A DNA stretch of 64,000 nt from Candidatus Bathyarchaeota archaeon (GTDB taxonomy: Archaea; Thermoproteota; Bathyarchaeia; Bathyarchaeales; Bathycorpusculaceae), in NCBI GenBank assembly GCA_963715865.1, contig OY970280.1, positions 1,248,001 through 1,312,000 of the forward strand, written 5' to 3'. Made by a program: the position numbers and the translations under genes. The stretch's first letter is position 1, and each line of letters starts with the position of its first letter. Below are positions 1 through 9,587 of the stretch, piece by piece. Under the pieces are notes generated by a model. That model was not told the DNA's origin. It saw only the letters and a list, made by a program, of their open reading frames with translations, and searched no databases.

Positions 1-148
1 TACACCCTCTATTCGTTTAAGCATTTGACCGCAAGCAGGACATTTCATAATCACTCAGTTCACTTTCTATGCTTTGCAGATTTAAGACTTTTGAACATCG
101 GAAAAGTTGCTTAAAAAGAAAATGGAGTTAAGTTCTATTTTATCCTGT

Positions 149-613
149 TCATTTCTTGCTCAGGTAACTGTTTAATGCTTTGAATCCTTTCTGCATCATG
201 TCTGAATGTCCTTTTCCAATGTTCACGAATGGAGAGACAAGAGTAGCTAATAGTCTATTGGTTCTGGCGTTAAATCGATATTGCACTTTCGTCTTTCCAT
301 CTGTTGGCTCAAATGTCCATGTCCCAGTTCCTACAGAGTCACCTGCAATCTCCTCTTCTATAGACTTGGCTTCCACAATCTTTGTCATCTTGGCAGAGGA
401 GTAACCTCAAAGATGACTGCCAAGATGAAGAGTGATGTCAACAATTGCACCCTCATGGTCGATTGGTATATCCCCTCTCAGTTTCGATTCAAGATAAGGC
501 ATCCACCAATGTGTGACCCCAGCGTACTCGTTCAAAATAGCCTTGTAAACCACCATAGGCGAGCTATCTATGACGGCTTCATCAACAACATCAATTTTTG
601 GCATAAGACCCAA
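149..613 (-). pseudogene. SRPBCC/polyketide-cyclase-like protein interrupted by one in-frame TGA (407-409)
   Basis: ORFs 407..613 and 149..388 are in the same frame, 6 codons apart. The halves resemble SRPBCC N-terminus (IDSSPMVVYKAI..WW) and C-terminus (GTWTFEPTDGKTKVQY). Inverting 397-416 restores a 154-aa ORF. Confidence 0.7.
385..428. repeat. Perfect 12-bp inverted repeat (385-396 / 417-428) around a 20-bp core
   Basis: TCATCTTGGCAG ... CTGCCAAGATGA read directly. Confidence 0.95.
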
Positions 614-706
614 TTGTTCCGTTCTACTTAAAGCGTTTTCTTTTCTTGGCTTAGGTCATTTGTGATATCGATTCATTCACACTTGCTTTTTCCTTGTGAT
701 TCTCCT

Positions 707-1000
707 CTAAGAAGGGTTCTGTTTTGTTTCTTTGCTTAGCAGTTTTATTATGAAACAAGCATTTACTATCAAAAAGAGGATAAAGACATAGAAAGGGTAG
801 TTAGGCATTAACCAAGCGAGTGCAGGAACAGGTGTCAGTGATGGTGCATACGCTATCTCAATTGAGGATATATGAACTACAAATGTTACAGGATATTCTT
901 CCCTACTGAGAGTAGTGAGCACTGATTGACTGGAAAGATAAAGAAGCAAACCCATTATGATATTGGCAATGATAATGATAGCTGTAAATCTTTTTGTCAT
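707..1000 (-). CDS. Small membrane protein, two hydrophobic segments
   Basis: 97-aa ORF with N- and C-terminal hydrophobic helices. Confidence 0.6.
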   Translation of the reverse strand: MTKRFTAIIIIANIIMGLLLYLSSQSVLTTLSREEYPVTFVVHISSIEIAYAPSLTPVPALAWLMPNYPFYVFILFLIVNACFIIKLLSKETKQNPS

Positions 1001-1077
1001 GTTTAGGCTATTTCTAGGCTATGCAGATTTAAAATTTATTACACTCTTGCACAAGACCCAGTTAGCAAAAAAAGAAA

Positions 1078-1869
1078 TTATGGTTTTACCGCTGAAATTT
1101 TCATGCTTACAACGTCATTAGCGATTTCTGATATCTCCTTCTTTGTCAGATTCATTTTCCCAATTATTTCTTTGGCATCTGGCTGGTCAAACATTACTTC
1201 TGGCAGATGAGTTTCATCCAGTATTTGCAACTGTTGGAACCCTGCTTGCTTAATCTCTTTGATGTAGTCATCTTTCTTTTCTGCGCCTGCAATGCATCCA
1301 ACATAGGCTAAAACATTGTTTTTCACTTTGTCAGGTATATTGCCGAGTAGCACTATGTCTGAAATCATTAGTCGTCCTTTAGGTTTTAGCACTCGATAGG
1401 CTTCTTGAAAAACCCGTTGCTTGTTAGTTGATAAGTTGATTACGCAGTTACTGATGATAACGTCAGCCGTATTGTCTGCAACTGGCAAATTTTCGATTTC
1501 TCCGAGGCGAAACTCAACGTTCTTGTAGCCGCTTTTCTTGCAGTTTGCTCTTGCTTTTTCAAGCATTTCCGCAGTCATGTCTACGCCGATAACTTTCCCT
1601 GTTGAGCCTACTTTTTTTGCCGCTAAGAAGCAGTCTAAGCCTCCGCCTGAGCCTAAGTCAATGACTGTTTCTCCTTCCTTGAGTGATGCGAGTGCTACTG
1701 GGTTTCCGCATCCAAGATTTAAGTCAGCGCCTTCAGGAACCGAGTCTAATTCATTTTTGCTGTAGCCTATTTGTTGGCTGGTTGATGTGCAGCCGCAACC
1801 GCATGTTTCTGTTTTGGCGATTTTGCCGTAACGTTCCCTTACTGCTTTTCTTACTTTTTCTTCTTTCAT
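1078..1869 (-). CDS. arsM: Arsenite S-adenosylmethionine methyltransferase
   Basis: LGCGNP, IDLGSGGGLDC SAM motif, SNCVINL, VGCIAGA; N-terminal CGCGC. Confidence 0.9.
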   Translation of the reverse strand: MKEEKVRKAVRERYGKIAKTETCGCGCTSTSQQIGYSKNELDSVPEGADLNLGCGNPVALASLKEGETVIDLGSGGGLDCFLAAKKVGSTGKVIGVDMTAEMLEKARANCKKSGYKNVEFRLGEIENLPVADNTADVIISNCVINLSTNKQRVFQEAYRVLKPKGRLMISDIVLLGNIPDKVKNNVLAYVGCIAGAEKKDDYIKEIKQAGFQQLQILDETHLPEVMFDQPDAKEIIGKMNLTKKEISEIANDVVSMKISAVKP

Positions 1870-2132
1870 TTTTCCACCTCCAGTTTGAACGCGTTTCTAA
1901 AAACTGGTCCTAACATGTTCTTCACTGTGCTTTCTAAAGCGTCGACTTTTAACATGATGATGCAGCATACTTCGTTGTTGCGTTCAAAACCGATTATTGC
2001 TAGTTTATCGCTGGGTTTTATCTTCGCTTTTTCTCTGAGGTCTTTTGGGAGAACTATTTGCCCTTTCGCGTCTACTGATACGACTGCATCAATTTTGCAG
2101 CATTCTTTGTTACAGCATTCTTCGCTTGCCAT
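1866..2132 (-). CDS. hgcC: Cys-rich AbrB/MazE-fold protein (HgcAB-associated protein HgcC-like)
   Basis: Likely start ATG 2132 (MASEECCNKECCKIDAVVSVDAKGQIVLPKDLR...VCCII). AbrB motif with three CC pairs. 4-nt overlap with arsM. Confidence 0.7.
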   Translation of the reverse strand: MASEECCNKECCKIDAVVSVDAKGQIVLPKDLREKAKIKPSDKLAIIGFERNNEVCCIIMLKVDALESTVKNMLGPVFRNAFKLEVEK

Positions 2133-2161
2133 TTTGGAGTCACTTTGAGAAACAGTGCTTG

Positions 2162-2184
2162 TCAGAATATTTAAGCATTTCTGA
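2162..2184 (-). promoter_or_regulatory. TATA-like box (CTTAAATA on minus strand) flanked by inverted repeat TCAGAA/TTCTGA
   Basis: 2162-2167 and 2179-2184 bracket the TATA-like element about 40 nt upstream of ATG 2132. Confidence 0.4.
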
Positions 2185-2203
2185 AAAATAAGAAAAATCA
2201 TAA

Positions 2204-2656
2204 TTATCTTACTATTACTACTGGGCAAGGCGCCAAATGCGCCACTTTCTCGCTTATACTTCCCAAAAAAAGCTCTTTCATTCTACCCAACCCCTTATGC
2301 CCAACCACAATCACATCAAAACTACCCTCCTTAGCAGCATTAACAATTTCAAGAGCAGGGTCACCTTCCCTTAACATCGACGAAATCGCTAAGCTAGGCT
2401 TAACCATCTTCGCACGGGCAACAGCTTTACTTAAAATTTCCTCGTGAATCTTCCGCAAATCCTTAGCAAATGCGGCCATACCGCCACTTGAATAAGCGGT
2501 CGATTCTTCAGGAACCGCACCCATCGTCAGCGACCCAGAAACATTCAAAATCATGATAGCAGCATTGAATTTTTCACCTAATTCTAAAGCGAAATCCAAA
2601 GCTCTATCGGAATTTTCTGATCCATCAACAGCCACTAAAACATTCTTGAGCAACAT
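2204..2656 (-). CDS. Universal stress protein
   Basis: VLVAVDGSENS...DVIVVGHKGLG..LFLGSISEKVAHLAPCPVVIV. Confidence 0.92.
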   Translation of the reverse strand: MLLKNVLVAVDGSENSDRALDFALELGEKFNAAIMILNVSGSLTMGAVPEESTAYSSGGMAAFAKDLRKIHEEILSKAVARAKMVKPSLAISSMLREGDPALEIVNAAKEGSFDVIVVGHKGLGRMKELFLGSISEKVAHLAPCPVVIVR

Positions 2657-2866
2657 GAATTAACACTCCTCAAAAAAATAATCATTTTATCAACCATTAA
2701 GCTTTTTCTCAAACTTAAAGCATTAACGCACCTGTCCTGTAACTTGCTAAGCTTGCCAATGCCAGATTATTTCTTCACCGATTCCTTTAAACAATATAAA
2801 GGTAAAGTGCTAATTTAATAGCTAAAGAGGCACACTGGGGGATCACTAATAAATAAGCATATTCAA

Positions 2867-4450
2867 ATGCTAATGGTCATGCTTATTATTGTAACAATGG
2901 TTTTATCAGCGTTCAATTTTCCCAGCACTAAAGCAACCCAAGAGGAATCTTCATGGACCAGCATGACGCCTATGCCAACTGCTCGAGGCGGACTCGGCGT
3001 AGCAGTTGTAAACGGAAAAATCTATGCTATCGGAGGCTTGAGCGATGATTTACCTGTTAACAATAATGAAGAGTATGACCCCGTCACAAACCAGTGGACT
3101 GAAAAAATGCCCATGCCTACGGCCAGAAGCGGTTTTGCCATCGCGGTTTATAACAACAAAATTTACGTTATAGGCGGAACAGTGGGCAACGGGTATATTG
3201 GAAACAACGAAGTATACGACCCTGCAACGAATACTTGGGAAACAAAAGCTTCCATGCCTACACCCCGAACTGATTTAACCGCAAGTGTAGTGAACGATAA
3301 AATCTACCTAATCGGCGGAAAAAAATATTCGAGCACGAGCCCATATTTCGGTGAAACTAATGTGAACGAGGTTTACAATCCAGCTAACGATAGTTGGTCT
3401 ACAAAAACACCAATTCCAACGGCTGTTTACGGTTATGCATCAGCAGTGATAAATGGCAAAATCTACATTATTGGCGGTTCAAAGAGTACAACTTCACTAG
3501 GAAGCAGTGTTTTCGTTAATTCCAACCAAGTATATGATCCTCAAACTGATAAGTGGAGTTTAGCTGCAAACTTGCCTGATGTAGCTATTTATGGGGCTGC
3601 AGCGTCAACTCAAGGCTTTATGGCTCCTTCACGACTGTATTTTATAGGCGGATATTTTTTGAATTCTTTTAGCGGTAAAACTCAAGTGTATAATCCAGAT
3701 AATAACTCTTGGAGTACTGGCGCTTCAATGCCTACGCCTCGAGCATACTTGGGCGTTGCTGTTGTAAACGATGTTTTATATGCTATCGGGGGCTTTGATG
3801 GCACAAATTGGCTAAACGCAAATGAGCAGTACAAGCCAGTTGGATACGAAACTGTTCCACCTCAAGTTCAGATTACCTCTCCTGAAAACAAAACTTACTC
3901 TAACGTGACCTTAGCTTTTTCCATTAACAGAGGCACCGAATGGATGGGTTACAGCTTAGATAACCAAGCAAATGTAACCATAAACGGAGAAACAAAATTA
4001 CTTGGCCTATCTCAGGGGTCGCATAACATAATAATCTACGCTAACGATAGCCTCGGCAACATGGGTTATTCTAACACAGTTTTCTTTTCTGTAGATACAA
4101 TTCCTCCAAACATTGTGATAATGCTTCCTCAAAACCAGTCGTTAGGCTCCACCGATATCCAACTGACTTTCACAGTGAATGAGAACGCCACATTGGCTTA
4201 TAGTTTAGATGGACAAGAAAAAGTAACTATAATTGGAAACGTAACTTTGCCAGCGTTATCTAATGGCTCCCACCGTTTAACCGTTTACGCTACTGATGAA
4301 GTTGGTAATTCGGGTTCGGAAACAGTTTACTTTAACATAGCGCCTTTTCCAACGATTACGGTTGCAGGAATCGTAGCCATAATAACCATTGCTTTGGCGG
4401 CAGGATACCTATTTTTGAAACGCAGAAAATCAAGTAACATCCAAGAATAG
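2867..4450 (+). CDS. Membrane-anchored Kelch-repeat protein with two Ig-like repeats
   Basis: Signal peptide; about six MPT.R...IY.IGG repeats; two PP...I..P.N...YSLD repeats; C-terminal TM plus KRRK. Confidence 0.9.
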   Translation: MLMVMLIIVTMVLSAFNFPSTKATQEESSWTSMTPMPTARGGLGVAVVNGKIYAIGGLSDDLPVNNNEEYDPVTNQWTEKMPMPTARSGFAIAVYNNKIYVIGGTVGNGYIGNNEVYDPATNTWETKASMPTPRTDLTASVVNDKIYLIGGKKYSSTSPYFGETNVNEVYNPANDSWSTKTPIPTAVYGYASAVINGKIYIIGGSKSTTSLGSSVFVNSNQVYDPQTDKWSLAANLPDVAIYGAAASTQGFMAPSRLYFIGGYFLNSFSGKTQVYNPDNNSWSTGASMPTPRAYLGVAVVNDVLYAIGGFDGTNWLNANEQYKPVGYETVPPQVQITSPENKTYSNVTLAFSINRGTEWMGYSLDNQANVTINGETKLLGLSQGSHNIIIYANDSLGNMGYSNTVFFSVDTIPPNIVIMLPQNQSLGSTDIQLTFTVNENATLAYSLDGQEKVTIIGNVTLPALSNGSHRLTVYATDEVGNSGSETVYFNIAPFPTITVAGIVAIITIALAAGYLFLKRRKSSNIQE

Positions 4451-4584
4451 CATCCTTGTTAAAGTTACTTGGCCCGAAACAGGAAAAATTTGAGGTACTA
4501 CTTTTACCCAAACAATAATTTTTTCTTTTTCTATGAGAAAATTTAAGTAAATAATCAACAACCATTCAGAGAAGGTCTCGGATA

Positions 4585-4836
4585 ATGGGCTATGAAATTG
4601 ACTATGCTGCTGGTGAACGAGCAAGCTGTTCTTCCAAACTGGTAATTGCAGACCGAATCTTTTACGTGAAAGTTTTTTCCTCTGAACCATCAAGATTTTA
4701 CTCTGGAGACCAGAAAGGAGTTATTCAAAAGGAAATTTCGAAAGCTGAATTTGAACTTTGGGTTAACATCTTGGCTGATAATGAAGCTGATGCTTTAGAT
4801 ATTCAAAAGAAACTTTGTTTAGGAAAAAAATACTAG
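4585..4836 (+). CDS. Hypothetical protein
   Basis: 83-aa ORF filling an intergenic gap, protein-like composition. Confidence 0.6.
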   Translation: MGYEIDYAAGERASCSSKLVIADRIFYVKVFSSEPSRFYSGDQKGVIQKEISKAEFELWVNILADNEADALDIQKKLCLGKKY

Positions 4837-4839
4837 ACG

Positions 4840-5547
4840 TTACACGTCTTTCCATCTTGTCTTCTTTACGGCAATAAACAGGATAATGGCACATACTATC
4901 AACAGGACTATCCAATCAAAAATTACCATGCTAACTGGAATATTGAGGTAACCAGTTGCTGAATGCATAATTTCCGCCGCATAAGTGGTCGGCGAAAGAT
5001 AAGCAAGGTAGTTGAATGGCGCAGGAACATAGGTTATCGGATAATATACTGGCGGCAAAGTAGCAAATAACAGTGAAAGAAGCCTAGAAAAGGCATAACT
5101 CTGAACTACGTCACTTGAAAAAGTAGATAACATGAATCCTATAGCTACTGAAATAGCGAACATTAACAATAGTACAATGGATAAAATTGCTATTTGAATG
5201 AGGGAAGGGTGCAGATAAATCCCCGCGAGCACCACAAGAATAGCTAATGCAGGAATTGAGTATACTATTTCTGCCAGAGCCATTCCAACCATGTATAAGC
5301 GTGAACTTGTCGGCGAACTAACAATCATATCTTGAAGCTTGAAATCATTTTTTAAATGCGAAAGGTCAGATTGGAGTGCAATTCCGCTTGAAAAGAAAAC
5401 CATTATTAATCCGCCTTCAATTGCGGTTCCAAAAAGATTGCCGTTAGTTACGAAGGTAATTACTAGAAGAAGCGAAAGCGGAGAGATAACGGTGCTGAGC
5501 AAAACGACAGGGTAATTTTTCATTTCATATACAGCATTTACGAGCAA
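4840..5547 (-). CDS. ABC-2 type permease
   Basis: Six hydrophobic segments, PPVYYPI..P..YLSPTTYA; follows ABC ATPase. Confidence 0.85.
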   Translation of the reverse strand: MLVNAVYEMKNYPVVLLSTVISPLSLLLVITFVTNGNLFGTAIEGGLIMVFFSSGIALQSDLSHLKNDFKLQDMIVSSPTSSRLYMVGMALAEIVYSIPALAILVVLAGIYLHPSLIQIAILSIVLLLMFAISVAIGFMLSTFSSDVVQSYAFSRLLSLLFATLPPVYYPITYVPAPFNYLAYLSPTTYAAEIMHSATGYLNIPVSMVIFDWIVLLIVCAIILFIAVKKTRWKDV

Positions 5548-5582
5548 TCCTGCTAGAATTTGGCTTAGTTTACTGCGTTTCG

Positions 5583-6491
5583 TTATTCATCCCTCGCTTT
5601 TTGCCCAACAAGATGGAAGAAAATGTCATCCAAAGTGACTGGAGTAATAGAGAACTTTACTCCTTGCTCGGAGAGCAATCGAGCTAAGCGAAAAGCTTCA
5701 TCTTCATTCGTCATTATCTGCGTATATCCACTTTTGCCGAGGGTTACTTCACCATCTTTCAACGTTGGGACCAACGCCTTCGGAGGTAGTTTAATGCTGT
5801 ACTGGTATCTTGAGCTTTTTCTCAGCTCTGAAAGAGTCCCGATTGAAACTAGTTTTCCATCTTTTAGAGTGCCTATTCTGTCTGCAAGTTGCTCTGCCTC
5901 TTCAAGATAATGCGTTGTAAGAAAAATAAACCGGTCTCTGCCAAGCCCCCTGAGAATTTCCCATAGCTCTCGTCTTGAGATTGGGTCCAAGCCTGTTGTG
6001 GGTTCATCGAGAAAAATAATTTCCGCTTCTGACGCGGTCACGGTGGCGATGAGAACTTTCCTTTTTGTGCCACCTGAGAGGCGGCTGTTTAATACGTTAG
6101 CGTATTGTTCTAAGCCAAGCTTTGCAAGTGACTCATCGGCAAGCCTTTTCGCCTCATTGTAACTGTATCCTCGCCAAAGAAGATATGAAAAAACAGTTTG
6201 TTTCGGCGTCATCCACCTTATCGTTCTGGCTTCCTGTGGGACAATCGCAATTTTTTCTCTTAATTTGTTTTCCTGTGTAAGTATGTCAAAACCGTTAATG
6301 CTTGCAGTTCCCGCGGTAGGTTCAAGCTCAGTGGCGAGAATCCGGATGAGCGTAGTTTTTCCAGCTCCATTTCTACCTATTAAACCGAATATACCGTTAG
6401 TTTCCACTGTAAAACTGACATCATCAAGAGCTTTTCTTTTGTCCTCGTAAACCTTCGTTAACCCGTTACATTCAAGCTTGCCCATGATCAA
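5583..6491 (-). CDS. ABC transporter ATP-binding protein
   Basis: GRNGAGKTT, LSGG, LDEPT, TTHY. Confidence 0.93.
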   Translation of the reverse strand: MIMGKLECNGLTKVYEDKRKALDDVSFTVETNGIFGLIGRNGAGKTTLIRILATELEPTAGTASINGFDILTQENKLREKIAIVPQEARTIRWMTPKQTVFSYLLWRGYSYNEAKRLADESLAKLGLEQYANVLNSRLSGGTKRKVLIATVTASEAEIIFLDEPTTGLDPISRRELWEILRGLGRDRFIFLTTHYLEEAEQLADRIGTLKDGKLVSIGTLSELRKSSRYQYSIKLPPKALVPTLKDGEVTLGKSGYTQIMTNEDEAFRLARLLSEQGVKFSITPVTLDDIFFHLVGQKARDE

Positions 6492-6647
6492 TTACTACCT
6501 GAAAATAATGCTGATATTGCTTATGTATGTTTTATTGATTGCTAATGCAGTAAAGTAATTTCGACTAAAGACTGCATCAATGTTCTGGGAGATTATATTT
6601 ATATTAAATTCTATGGTAGAATACTACAACGTTACGAGGAAATAGTC

Positions 6648-7673
6648 ATGACCGTTTATTTAACTCCATGGGACACTAAACGCAACCTGATGATGGATGC
6701 ACATCGCCTATATGATGTAGCTGGAACTTTCGATTGCGTACAAAAAGGTGACCTTGTAGCCGTTAAATTACATGTGGGCGAGTTAGGTAACCCGTATTAT
6801 GTGCAACCTTTTTTCGTCCATGACATAATCCGCAGAGTTAAGGAGGCAGGCGGCAAACCGTTCCTTACAGACTCCAACACGTACTATCATGCGCGACGTA
6901 ACAATGCCTATGACCATATGGTTACGGCGTTGATGAACGGGTTCAACATGGCGCCGTTTATTGTGGCAGATGGGCTTCGAAGCGAAAACTACCGATTGGT
7001 AAAAACCAAAGGCATACTGCAGGAAATCGAAGTATCTGGCGCCGTTGCTGAGGCTGACGCCATGATTGTTGTCTCGCATGATAAGGGTCATGAACTCAGC
7101 GGGTTCGGCGGTGCCATAAAAAATCTCGGCATGGGCTGTACACCCAGAGCGGGCAAGCTTCGTCAGCATAGAACAGTAGGCTTAGAAATAGACGAATCCA
7201 AATGTATTGGCTGTGGCAAGTGCAAAGAAATATGTGAAATGAGCCTGCCCGAGATTATCGAGGGAAAAGCAAGAAACACCTCGCCTTTATGCATGCGCTG
7301 CCCAATGTGCAAACATGGTTGTCCAATGGAAGCCATAAGTTTCACTCATCAGGAGAATATCTGCAGGGCACTCGCGTCAGCTGCTTATGGTGTTCTCTCC
7401 ACCTTTAAGGCAAATAAAGTGTCATACGTGAGTTTCGCCAAAGACATTACTTCATACTGCGATTGTTTACCTAACCCAGGCGTAGTCGTCATGAAGGACG
7501 TGGGCATCTTTGCCTCTAACTCGCCAGTTTCAATTGATGCCGCATTCCTGGAAATGATTGACTATAAAGTATTCAACGACGCGTCTCATGTAGATTGTAT
7601 GTTGCAGGTTCGAGAAGCTAAAGACATAGGCATTAAAGGCGAAGCAAAACCAAAGATAACAAAAGTAAGCTAA
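6648..7673 (+). CDS. DUF362-family Fe-S protein with 2x[4Fe-4S] insert
   Basis: VKLHVGE, GGAIKNLGMGC, CIGCGKCKEIC, CMRCPMCKHGCP, CDC. Confidence 0.85.
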   Translation: MTVYLTPWDTKRNLMMDAHRLYDVAGTFDCVQKGDLVAVKLHVGELGNPYYVQPFFVHDIIRRVKEAGGKPFLTDSNTYYHARRNNAYDHMVTALMNGFNMAPFIVADGLRSENYRLVKTKGILQEIEVSGAVAEADAMIVVSHDKGHELSGFGGAIKNLGMGCTPRAGKLRQHRTVGLEIDESKCIGCGKCKEICEMSLPEIIEGKARNTSPLCMRCPMCKHGCPMEAISFTHQENICRALASAAYGVLSTFKANKVSYVSFAKDITSYCDCLPNPGVVVMKDVGIFASNSPVSIDAAFLEMIDYKVFNDASHVDCMLQVREAKDIGIKGEAKPKITKVS

Positions 7674-7683
7674 GCTTTGAACA

Positions 7684-8484
7684 CTAAATTTCCTTTTTAT
7701 CGTTAGTTTTTGGTGCTTGTGCTTTTTTATGTCTTCTTTTAACTAAGTAAACAATAACTACAATTACGATTGCAACTACGGCGGCTATGATTAAGTAACG
7801 TGAGATGCCAGCAACCTCCGCCCAATTCTTTCCCAAGAACCAGCCCAAATAAATCAAGACCACGTTCCATAGTAGGCAGCCTGCAGTTGTGTAAGCTATA
7901 AACTTCGCCAGCGGCATTCGAGATGCTCCTGCAGGGAACGAAAATGTTGTTCTGAATCCTGGTATTAGACGACTTAAAAATACGGTGAGAGCGCCATTTT
8001 TCTTAAACCATTTTCCAGCAACCTCAAGTTGGTTTGTGGAAAAGAGAACTCTACCTAAAACTTTGTGTTCAGCAAGGCTATGCGCACCTTTTAACCCGAT
8101 ATAGTAATCAATCAGTGCACCCGCCAAGCCTGCAACTGTTGCAAGTAATACAGTTATCCAAATATTAAGCTGCCCCATGGAAGCTAAGTAGCCAGCAAAT
8201 GGAAGAATAACCTCGCTTGGAATAGGCAGAGAGCTAGATTCAAGCAGCATCAGCACAAAGATGCCAGTGTACCCCCACACCTGCACTGTTGCAGTTACGT
8301 CCCGCGTGAAAGAAATGATAGCGCTAATCAGTGGCCCGCTTGTTATCGGAGCGCCCTCAATAACGACGTCTTCTAAAATCTCAAAGAGGACATAAACGGC
8401 AACAACGATTACAATGGCTGCAATGATTAATTGTGGCGCTTTTCTTCTAAGCTGTTCAAGACTTCTATGTAACACCAAGGGCAT
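7684..8484 (-). CDS. DedA family membrane protein
   Basis: LESSSLPIPSEVILPFAG, F..RLIPGFR. Confidence 0.92.
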   Translation of the reverse strand: MPLVLHRSLEQLRRKAPQLIIAAIVIVVAVYVLFEILEDVVIEGAPITSGPLISAIISFTRDVTATVQVWGYTGIFVLMLLESSSLPIPSEVILPFAGYLASMGQLNIWITVLLATVAGLAGALIDYYIGLKGAHSLAEHKVLGRVLFSTNQLEVAGKWFKKNGALTVFLSRLIPGFRTTFSFPAGASRMPLAKFIAYTTAGCLLWNVVLIYLGWFLGKNWAEVAGISRYLIIAAVVAIVIVVIVYLVKRRHKKAQAPKTNDKKEI

Positions 8485-8622
8485 CGCTTGAACTTAATGT
8501 CCAACTTGAATGTATTTTAGCTTATTCCCATTAAAAATGCAAAACAAAAAAGGTAAACACTCACTAGGTACAATATTTGAAACTAGAAAAAACTAAAAGC
8601 TGTTAAATATACTATGGCTTGA

Positions 8623-9558
8623 GTGAGCAGAGTGAGAGCTAGCACAAGAGTGGCTTTAGCGTTAATAGTTTTTTTATTCTTGAATGTTGGGTTGGTGTAT
8701 GGTTGGAGCAACGGAGGCTATTCCACTGATCCATCCAATCCTAAGTATGGAACGCATGATTGGATAGCTCAACATGCACTAGATTGGTTGCCTACCCAAG
8801 AAAAACAATACATACAAGACAATCTTGCAGTTTACCTTTACGGAACAGAGCTGCCGGATAATGGGGGCGCTTCAGACGGCATTGGTGATACCACAAAACA
8901 CCATGTTTACTATTCAGCCTCTGGAGATGTAACGGATGATGCTTCAGCACAGAGAGCAAAAACGGAATACAATATAGCGTTAAACTATCTAAAGGCTCAA
9001 GATTATGCTGATGCTGCAAAAACGGCAGGAACAATGACTCACTACATTGCTGATTTAGCTGTTTTTGGGCATGTTATGGGTTCATCAACCCCATGGGGGA
9101 GTGAAATACATCATAGCGATTATGAGGATTATGTTGATGCTAGGACCACAAGCTACTCAGGCAGCTTTAATACTTACCTATCGTTTGATGGCAGCCTCTC
9201 TAGCGTATCAGCATATGATGCTGCCATAAACCTAGCTTATGACACAACCTTTGGCGGAAGCAGTCATTTAACATGCGTATGGATGGATAACAATTACAAT
9301 TGGAACAATCCAACGTTTGCTAACAGATGCGGAGAATCACTGAACTTAGCAGTCAACGCTATAACTGATGTGCTACATACCTTATATCAGGAAGCAGCAG
9401 CCTCTTCACCGACCTCATCGCCTAGCCCAAGCTCAACGCCCAGTCTAAATCCAACACCAACAATTCCAGAGTTTCCTTTAGAAATAGTAGTTGCATTAGC
9501 CATTACAACAGCAACTTTGAGCACGCTTGTTTTGAAGCTTAAACGCCTTTCTAGGTGA
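8623..9558 (+). CDS. Secreted Zn-dependent phospholipase C / S1-P1 nuclease-fold protein with PEF-CTERM-like anchor
   Basis: Signal peptide then W-S-N-G-G..GTHDWI, PD, HH, HYIADL, H..YE; Ser/Pro/Thr linker; TIPEF + TM + basic tail. Confidence 0.8.
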   Translation: MSRVRASTRVALALIVFLFLNVGLVYGWSNGGYSTDPSNPKYGTHDWIAQHALDWLPTQEKQYIQDNLAVYLYGTELPDNGGASDGIGDTTKHHVYYSASGDVTDDASAQRAKTEYNIALNYLKAQDYADAAKTAGTMTHYIADLAVFGHVMGSSTPWGSEIHHSDYEDYVDARTTSYSGSFNTYLSFDGSLSSVSAYDAAINLAYDTTFGGSSHLTCVWMDNNYNWNNPTFANRCGESLNLAVNAITDVLHTLYQEAAASSPTSSPSPSSTPSLNPTPTIPEFPLEIVVALAITTATLSTLVLKLKRLSR

Positions 9559-9587
9559 ATTATAGGCCCAGTCATAGTTTTGCCAGT

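Noticed and set aside
407-409. In-frame TGA as selenocysteine or readthrough
   Set aside because: SRPBCC proteins are not known selenoproteins, and the stop is fully explained by the flanked 20-bp inversion.
1866-2132. Mercury methylation locus
   Set aside because: No hgcA (corrinoid cap-helix motif) or hgcB in the window.
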